From Octopus vulgaris (taxonomy: Eukaryota), in the NCBI GenBank assembly GCA_951406725.2, contig OX597822.1:41106001-41170000 (forward strand): 64,000 nucleotides of DNA, read 5' to 3'. The translations under genes and the position numbers were made by a program. The notes under the pieces are model-generated. The model did no database searches, was not told where the DNA came from, and saw only the letters and a program-made list of their open reading frames with translations. Below are positions 54,691-64,000 of the stretch, piece after piece (positions within the stretch are counted from its first letter, which is position 1; each line of letters opens with the position of its first letter).

Positions 54691-55332
54691 TAATCTCTGC
54701 ATGAACTGTTATGCTAGACAGCTTGGTTTAACTCTGCCCGAATTTATCTTCATCAGTTATATTATCCTTGTTTCAATCATTGGACTGCGACCATGTTAGA
54801 ACACCCGCCTTGAATGGTTTTAGTCAAACAAATCACCCACCCTCACACCCACATCACCCGTATTTTTTTCTAAATTTAGTCTCTTTTGCAGAGTCACTAA
54901 GTTACGGGGATATAAACAAACCAACACCGGTTGGCAACAGGTGATGGCAGTCAAACACAAATACCAAGACGCACACTCACACACACATATATTTATATAT
55001 ATGTGTGTGTGAGTTCCATACTGTTTCCACCTACCAAATTCACCGACAAGGCATTGGTTCAGCCCGGTGTTATATAAGAAGATACGTGATCAAGGTGCCA
55101 CGCAGGGGGACTGAACCAGAAACCATATGGTTCTGAACCAAACAGCCATGCTTGCATTATAATAAACCATGAGCTAATCTCTTCATGGACGAGTGATGGG
55201 AAATTTTCGTCTAAAGATTCTAAAACCTAAGCAGATTGACCTATTTTCGTGTCCACAGACAGATAAAACTTGTACTGAGATATCTTGCTTATTTCTTATA
55301 ATGAAGATAAACTGTATATTTATTTGTAAATC

Positions 55333-55389
<57 letters not shown>

Positions 55390-55397
55390 TGTTATAT

Positions 55398-55592
55398 GAA
55401 GGTGCGTGGTTCAGTGGTTTGAGCGTCGGGTTCACAATCAAGAAGTAGCGAATTCGATTCCCGGGCTGGGCTGTGTGTTGTGTTCTTGAGCAAGACACTT
55501 TATTTCATATTGCTCCAGTTCACTCAGCTGTAGAAATGAGTAGCAACGTCACTGGTGCCAAGCCGTATCGGCCTTTGCCTTTCCATTGATAT
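55398..55592 (+). mobile_element. SINE group C (H1 plus truncated T3)
   Basis: Homologous to 33570-33770. Confidence 0.8.
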
Positions 55593-55799
55593 TCAGAACT
55601 AAATTCTTACCAGCGATAATTGTATGCTGGTTGACGTCATAAGAACTTATAAACTTCAAGTTAATGTAAAATAATTCTCACTTGCAGTGTTGCTTATGGC
55701 CACTTTAATGCGGCTGTCCTCTAAGAGACCACGATACTGCCATTTAATCCCAGGAAGACATCTTTATGCATGCACTTCTCGCAAGCGAGAGATCCCTCT

Positions 55800-56024
55800 T
55801 TTATTCCTTTACTCTTTTACTTGTTTCAGTCATTTGACTGTAGCCATGCTGGAGCACCGCCTTTAAGTCGAGCAACTTGATTCCAGGATTTATTCTTTGT
55901 AAGCCTAGTACTTATTCTATCGGTCTCTTTTGTCGAACCGCTAAGTTACGGGGACGTAAACACACCAGCAACGGTTGTCAAGCGATGTTGGAGGGGGGGG
56001 ACAAACACAGACACACAAACATAT

Positions 56025-56080
<56 letters not shown>

Positions 56081-56231
56081 GTATATACGACGGGCTTCTT
56101 TCAAATCCACTCACAAGGCTTTTGTTAAACCGAGGCTATAGTAGAAGAAACTTGCCCAAGGTGTCACGCAGCGGGACTGAACCCGGAACCATGTGGCTGG
56201 TAAGCAAGCTACTTACCACACAGCCACTCCT
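55800..56231 (-). mobile_element. SINE family A
   Basis: Full reverse-complement copy. Confidence 0.9.
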
Positions 56232-56452
56232 ACGACTAACTCTTGCCACCTTGTCTTCAAGACCACCAGACCACGTAGTTACTATCAATATTGGACCTCC
56301 TCGGCGGTGGGTACTCATTGCTATGCTATAATGCATAGCTTTATCTGCTTCGAGGTCCATCGTTCCAAAAGGGAATTATTTCATATCAACACACACACAT
56401 ATATCTATGCATATGTAAGTTTACATATAAACATATGCTTGTTTATATAAAC

Positions 56453-56542
<90 letters not shown>

Positions 56543-57290
56543 TATTTATGTATGTGTGTGCCAACAGGCGCGTGTTTGTGTTTGCCTCTGTCCGATCATA
56601 CATACATTCCTACACATATATAAATAAATGCTTCGTTACAAATACTTAAATATATACATCCAGAGATTCTGACGCAGGAGACAAAGAGAAGAATGAATAT
56701 TGCGTAAAAGTATAGATACACTTGACTCATATAGCTATGTATACACTTACTTCACACACACACACAGACACAGACATACAGACATACATACATGCCTGCA
56801 TACACACATACATACATGCATGCATACATACATACATATATGCATGCATACATACATACATACATACATACATACATACATACATACATACATGCATACA
56901 TATATACATGTGCATGGATACGTACATTACATACATATACAAGGAATCCTGTAAACAACGTGAAAAGTATGTATGTAGTTTGGGCCGCAGTGACAAGGAC
57001 AAGTGGGAGAAGGGCGTCGTTTTATAAACAATAGGCGCCACCTGGGTTAGGAATCAGCTGTCAGTCAGTTCCGCCATCACACACACGTACACACAAATTT
57101 GTAAAAATGTTTGTATGTGTGTGTGTGTGTGTATGTGTGTGTGTGTGTGTGTGCGCGCGCGCGTCTGTAGGAGATTCCGCATAATTGCATAACGGCTATT
57201 TGCATATATCGGTTAAATGCATACATTTTTGAAACGTGGAATCGATGACCACCAAATTAATATAAAAATCGAACGATTTATTTGCATAAA

Positions 57291-57698
57291 TAGTGGCTGT
57301 GTGGTAACTAGCTTGCTTACCAACCACATGGTTCCAGGTTCAGTCCCACTGCGTGGCACCTTGGGCAAGTGTCTTCTAGTATAGCCTCAGGCCGACCAAA
57401 ACCTTGTGAGTGGATATGATAGACGGAAACTGAAAGAAGCCCGTTGTATATATGTATATGTATTATATATATATGTGTGTGAGTGTTTGTGTGTCTGTGT
57501 TTGCTCCCCCCCACCTCCAACATCACTTGACAACCGATGCTGGTGTGTTTACTTAGCGGTTCGGCAAAAGGGAACGATAGAATACGTACTTGGCTTACAA
57601 AGAATAAGTACTGGGGTCGATTTGTTCGACTAAAGGCGGTGTTCCAGCATGGCCGCAGCCAGATGACTGAAACAAGTAAAAGAGTAAAGAGTAGAGAG
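57291..57698 (+). mobile_element. SINE family A
   Basis: Head, internal microsatellite and tail present. Confidence 0.9.
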
Positions 57699-57960
57699 TA
57701 TAAGCAAATGTTGTGGATTTCTGTCAATTGCATAACATATTTTTTCCGACAATGCAAAAAAAGAAAAAACAAAAATCTGGCGAAATGTGGTATAAATTGA
57801 ACATATGAGGCTCAGGCGTGGTTGTGGGGTAAAAAAAAGCTTCTTTCCCAACGACATGCTCTAGGTTTCACCCCACTGCGTAGCACACCAAAGCTTTATG
57901 AGCGGATTTCGTAGACGGAAGCTGAAAGAAGCTAGTCGTATGTATGTATATATACATACG

Positions 57961-58029
<69 letters not shown>

Positions 58030-59390
58030 TACTATTAGTTTCATGCGATGAAAGTATGCCACACAATATTTTTTAACACGTCAGGTGTCTCAGCGCAATC
58101 TTCAGGTGCAGCTCATATGGCATAACAAACTAAAAATAGGACGATAGGATGAGATGTTAACGTAAGTTATGCGTAGCTGAAAGAACTCAGATCTTTTTAA
58201 GATCTAACAATGCTAAGGCACTACGAAATACTAGATCCGAAATTTTCAGCGGTTAAATTCCTGTTGACGAATGGGAAAGTAACACGCCCTCCGTATTGGG
58301 CAGCTATACTGCAGACTCTAGCCCCTATCTTTTCAGCCTTATATTTTACGGTAAAAGGGGAAATAACTCTAATTACCCACCCCATCCCTGCTTCTTTTTT
58401 CCTTTTCCATTTACTGGTTTCGCAAATATCCACCTTTTATATCTACTGCTTTCTCGCCATTTCACACTTTTTCTCTCAGCCTATCGTCTTATTTATACTG
58501 GTTTTTACACAGAGTGGTGTACGAGACATGGTATAACTAACGGTCATTAGATATTTTTCTTTGGCCGCAGTCAAAGCAACTTAAAGAATAAAAGAATTAT
58601 AGTATGCTTGCTTTACAGCTGTTTTCAGTAGTCAAATATAGGTTCGTTATTAATAGGTTTATGCAATCGGTCCATTGAACGACCTGAAAAAACAACGCTA
58701 CCTTTTCAGAGGCATACGTGGTTGCAAGCAGAACACTAAAGGAATGGTACAGGCATAGGAGAGGAGTGAAGATAGATAATAAGAACCAGTAGAAGGTAAA
58801 TGGAAAGGAGATAAAGAGGAAAGAGGAAGAGAAATAATGATTTGGAAAAGAAGGATTAAAGTGTGGGGAAGGAACAAAAGGGAGAGAGGAAAAAAATTGA
58901 AAGAATTGAGGAAGGCAGACATTTTATAGAAAAAGGGACAGCGGATGGCCGAAATTAAGGAAAGGAGAGTCATAAAAACATTAGTGTTGTAATTGGGTCA
59001 TCACACACGTAAACATTTGGATTGTTTTTCTTTCGTGTCAAATGTTCTCCAAATATTGTGTTGAAATTTGATATAGGCCACTTACACACATGGCCGACTT
59101 ATATCTTCAGTTTTTGGTCATTTGTACTATCACGCATTCTGAGGGAATTGTGTAAGAAAATGAATGAATGGATGAATGAATGAACGAGTGAATGAATGAA
59201 TGAATGAGTGAAAAATCAGCAGAAACTATTTTATGATGGGAAGGTTGAGAAAGCTATGCTGACCTTGGATATTAAATGGAGGTCGAGGTAGATATGTGAG
59301 GTTAAAATCAAACCCAAATCAAGTAGAGTTATTTAAAAACCAAATAAAAAATAAAGGCCGAATATAATTGTAAATTAAACTAAATTAAAA

Positions 59391-59451
<61 letters not shown>

Positions 59452-60462
59452 GCACACGCACATGCAAGAGCGCACACGTACGTTGGTCCAGGCTAAGTCC
59501 CACTGCGTAGCATATTGCGTAATCATCTACTATAGCCTGAGACCGATTTAGATTTGAAAGATGGAAACTGAAAGCCCGCCATAAAGTATATGTATTTGTG
59601 AAGGGATCTGACTTCTCATCGACAACCATGATTGTCAGACGCTGATGAAAGGTAAACACCTGGAAACTCGGGTACGTGTGTATCATGTGTTGAAGACGGG
59701 GAGGATGACTCCCCTTCACAAATACTGACAGGACACAGATAGTGTGTCTATAGCCAGCTGGAGGAGATATCTTCCTGGGGCTACAAACTACAGTAGCATC
59801 CACCCTTATGGGTTAGCCATATTCAAATGGCAAATATGCAACACGATGTGTTACCGCTACTGTTTATAACTCGCTCTGAGATTTATCATTGTTATATATA
59901 TATGTATATATATATATATACCTGTATGTATGTATGTATGTATGTATGTATGTATGTATGTATGTATGTATGTATGTATGTATGTATACACACACATACA
60001 CACACACACGGATCTAGTCCAATACAATCACAGATTTTTTAATTAATTTCTTTAAAAAACTAAACAGTTTGAAACTTTTAATACTGGTAGAATTTGTCAC
60101 GTAGAACACGGTTTACTCTGAACGTTTTTGACAAAATTTGGGTAATTTCAACCAATCAACGACGTGTATTCGGTTGAAGAAAGCTACTGCCGTTTGCGAT
60201 AGTAATCGAAGAGGAACGACTTCTGGGTCATCTCCACTAAATGTCACCACTATGTTCTATTAGTTACCTTTGTCCTTCCTTTGTAGTTAGCATCGTGCAT
60301 TCCTTACTCTTTCCCTCCCTTATACGCTTTCAACTAGCAACCAGCGAGTGGTCTTGTCACTGCCGCTACAATTACCGTATTTTCCAGTGTGTAAGCCGGT
60401 ATTTGTTTTGTTTTACCTTCATGTTTCGATAATATTATTTTTAATCTAATAAAGACTTTTAT

Positions 60463-61432
60463 ATTTATTTCTTTACTAGCAGTATCGCCCGGCGTTGCTC
60501 GGGTTTGTAAGGGAAATAACTATAAAGCATTTTTAGAGAGTTATAGCCAAAAAATGGGGAAAAATTATGGTAAATTTTTTTTTAGTTAAAAAGGTCGAGT
60601 TGCGTCCCCTAGACAGTCTGTGGTTTGTGTTTCTGATTCTCGACCCCATGTCGAATTTATCGATTTTTTTCAGAACTGGTGGAACTTTTCAAAATTTTCG
60701 ATGCGTTAGTTTTGAATTATGACATTGGGCTATGTGTGTGTCAAGTTTCATCAGAATCGGTTGAAAGCCGTGGTCAGGGTGAGGGTACAACCTGACAGAC
60801 ACACAGAAACACACACAGACAAACTGCCGTTTATATATAGAGAGATTACCGACAGGGGGCTAAATATAGAGGGGACAAACAAGGACGGACAAAGAGATTA
60901 AGTCGATTGCATCGACTCCAGTGCGTAACTGGTACTTATTTAATCGATCCCGAAAGGATAAAAGGCAAAGTCGACCTCGGCGGAATTTGAACCCAGAACG
61001 TAGCGGCAGACGAAATACCTATTTCTTTACTACACACAAAGGGCTAAACACAGAGAACAAACAAGAACAGACAAAGGGATTAAGTCGATTGCATCAACTC
61101 CAGTGCGTAACTGGTACTTATTTAATCGATCCCGAAAGGATGAAAGGCAAAGTCGACCTCGGCGGAATTTGAACTCAGAACGTAGCGGCAGACGAAATAC
61201 CTATTTCTTTACTGCCCACAAGGGGCTAAACACAGAGGGGACAAACAAGGACAGACAAACGGATTAAGTCGATTACATCGACCCCGGCCCGAAACTGCTA
61301 CTTAATTTATCGACCCCGAAAGGATGAAAGGCAAAGTCGACCTCGGCGGAATTTGAACTCAGAACGTAACGGCAGGAAAAATACGGCTACGCATTTCGCC
61401 CGGCGTGCTAACGTTTCTGCCAGCTCGCCGCC
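60463..61432 (-). mobile_element. SINE family B trimer interrupted by a Helitron
   Basis: Three ~180 bp units; head ends cagctcgccgcc; flanking cttttatatt duplicated. Confidence 0.9.
60476..60845 (-). mobile_element. Non-autonomous Helitron (copy of 36407-36778)
   Basis: Highly similar reverse complement; inserted at tttcttta|ttacc of the SINE B tail with no TSD. Confidence 0.9.
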
Positions 61433-61898
61433 TTTTATATTGACAAAATGTGTTTGTTGTTGATTATGGTAAGATAAAATTATGACAATAACATCTCATA
61501 GTTGTAAAATAAGGTATTTTGAAACTACATATACGTCAACAACAAAAAAGCTAGCTCCGGACTCGTTGCTCTATGGTGTTCATTCTTCGAACAGGGTGGT
61601 TGATATTCAGTAGAGATGACCTGGAAGTTGTTCCTCCTCCATTACTATCGCAAACAGCAGTAGCTTTCTTCAACCAAATCCACGTCGTTGATTGATTGAA
61701 ATTGCCCAAATACGACAACTTTAACAAGAAATAACTTCTAGAATAGGAAATTTTGTCAAAAACGTTCAAAGTAAACCGTGTTTTACGTGAAAAAATCCTA
61801 CCATTATTCGAAATTTCAAACTGCTTAGTTAAAAAAACTAATTTAAAAATCTGTGATTGAGATGGAATAGATCCTATATATGTATATATATGTGTGTA

Positions 61899-61952
<54 letters not shown>

Positions 61953-62051
61953 GCTATCTATCTATCTATCTATCTATCTATTTATCTATATATCTATCTA
62001 TCTATCTATATATATATATATATATATATATATCTATATATATATATATAT

Positions 62052-62123
<72 letters not shown>

Positions 62124-62265
62124 GTTTAAGAGACAGAATCACCCCCAAGCAACTCAATCATCATTGAACGACATTATCCACGATAGGTACATATAGGACT
62201 AAATATTAAAATTATCAAAATTAATACCTTCAATTCTTATTCCAAATCATATACTTTACATTATA

Positions 62266-62372
62266 TAGACTACGTGCGTTTCATGACAACATATTCCTCG
62301 ATATTGCTGAAATAGAAGATCTCGAAATACAATACCATATTAAAACGATTTTATTGCCAACCTTCAGGTCTA
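62266..62372 (-). ncRNA. Hammerhead-like fold with a long stem II insertion
   Basis: rc: tagac-CTGAAGG-t-tggcaata(~60 nt)tgttgtca-t-GAAAC-gcac-GTA-gtcta. Confidence 0.45.
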
Positions 62373-62607
62373 GACTATATGAACTCATTTTGCTATTTAC
62401 ATCCTATATAAAGACATGACAAACTAAAATTATATAACTAGATGTTGTTGGAATAATTTTACTTTAGAAAACAATGAACAGAAATGTGGAATAAAAGCAG
62501 GAAAAAGAAATGTTAGTAAAAAGAAATGTTAACTTATCTGTACGGTAATTTTCTCTCCACGAATTAAACATGGCCATGTTTAATTCGTGGACTCCCACTG
62601 CATGGCC

Positions 62608-63308
62608 CAAGGTTCCTAAACTTGGAAAATGGGTACCTCATGAATTGTCCGAAAGCAACCGCAAATCCCGAGTTGGCATCTGCTCTTCTCTCCATTCTCG
62701 CAAACTTATTTCACCCTTTTTGGATAGACTTGTGACTGGTGACGAAAAATGGATCTTCTGTCGAAATGTTAAACGTCGAAAACAGTGGCTTGGTAAAAGG
62801 GAAGAAGCTCAACCACAACCGAGAAGAGAACTTCATGGAAAAAAGGTTCTTCTCTCTATCTTGTGGGATTGCAAAGGAGTAATTCACTTTGAATTGTTAC
62901 CAACTAATGCAACAATCAATGCTCAAGTCAACTGTCTGCAATTAGAGCGTTTGAACCAAGCTTTGAAGAAAATCACATCACAGAAGATCGAAGAGCTTGG
63001 TTAGGAAAATATTCCTCATCCGTCTTATTCTCCCGACCTTGCTCCTTCAGACTACCATTTGTTTCGTAGTTTACAGAATCATTTGGGAACATAACTTCCG
63101 CAAGCCAGGAGGAGGTCAAAACTGGCATTTCAGAGTTCTTTGCTTTGAAACCAAAAGAGTTTTACATTGATGGGATTAAAAAGCTTGTAAATAGATGGAA
63201 GGAAGTCGTAGATAATCAGGGAAAGTACATTGATGATTAAATTTCAATTAAATATAACATGTGATCACTTGTTTCCTTTATTCAAAATTCGGACAGAACT
63301 TTGCCAAC
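62608..63308 (+). pseudogene. 5'-truncated, internally deleted mariner transposase plus right-end remnant
   Basis: WVPHELSE..VTGDEKW..HGKKVLLSILWD..(second D region deleted)..HPSYSPDLAPSDYHLFRSLQNHL..GKYIDD* at 63240. Confidence 0.9.
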
Positions 63309-63539
63309 CAGCATCGCTTCACAACTGGTGTTGGTGTGTTTACGCCCCCTAACTTAGCGGTTCAGCAAAAGTGAGTGATAGAGTAATGAACCAAGCTTAT
63401 AAAGACAAGTACTGAGGTTCGATCCGTTGGACTAAAGTTCTCCAAGGCGGTGCCCCAGCATGGCCGAAGTCTAATAGCTGAAACACGCAACAGGTAAAAG
63501 GTAAAACGTTTCTATGTAGATATCCAAACTAATAGACGA

Positions 63540-63584
<45 letters not shown>

Positions 63585-63781
63585 CAGACAGACAAACAGA
63601 CAGAGACAGATGCAGACAGACAGACAGTGACAGACAGACAGGCATATTATCCAATATATTTGTTCCATATCATGCATGAATAGAATTTCTACATTTTCCT
63701 CTGCCATAATTTATTCTCACACTTGAATAAAAGTCTTTCTCTTTCTCTCTCACTCTCTCTCTCTCTCACTCTCTCATTCAG

Positions 63782-63903
63782 GTATACTCTGCCACCTCAT
63801 GAATGAGAATCCATTATTTCATTACCTTGCGGTACAGGGATCAGTGATTGCCACCAGGCGAGTGAAGTCAACCAGAAAGGCCCCCTTCCCTCACATCCCA
63901 CAC
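63782..63903. other. Unique island with possible small exon (strand ambiguous)
   Basis: Plus strand: CT tract-CAG|63782..63857|GCGAGT, frame ILCHLMNENPLFHYLAVQGSVIAT. Minus strand: CAG|63903..63826|GTAATG, 78 nt, one open frame. No recognised homology. Confidence 0.2.
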
Positions 63904-64000
63904 CTGAGCTTTTATTCCAAAAACCGAGAGAAAGAAAGGGAAACGTATAAGAAAATGAAACAGACTTAAATCATTTATATATATATATAATATATATATA

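Larger units (their letters stand above)
60009..61874. mobile_element. Fold-back TIR element (CGGATCT termini, ~230 bp gapped TIRs) with nested SINE B and Helitron
   Basis: 60010-60139 inverted at ~61748-61874; 60150-60238 inverted at ~61609-61697. Confidence 0.8.

Overview
AT-rich, microsatellite-saturated animal DNA, essentially non-coding (intron or intergenic), with one 100-N assembly gap (9920-10019). The repeat families suggest a coleoid cephalopod, most likely Octopus; this is my recognition of the families, not a database result. Nearly all ORFs in the supplied track are translated microsatellites or SINE text. The real content is: (1) three abundant groups of tRNA-derived SINEs, here called A, B and C; (2) LINE remnants (Tx1/L1-like, CR1-like, RTE-like); (3) many short Penelope-like (PLE) ends, several carrying minimal hammerhead-ribozyme folds and inverted duplications; (4) a near-intact irritans-type mariner (17117-18407) and several decayed Tc1/mariner elements; (5) hAT, Merlin-like, MULE-like and fold-back MITEs; (6) non-autonomous Helitrons. 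No host protein-coding gene can be called with confidence. The most notable observations are: sequence-divergent hammerhead motifs with covarying stems, a SINE-LINE tail partnership with a covarying 3' stem-loop, modular head/tail swapping among SINEs, a multi-layer nested insertion with intact TSDs (37368-39871), and a locally templated inverted insertion within it.
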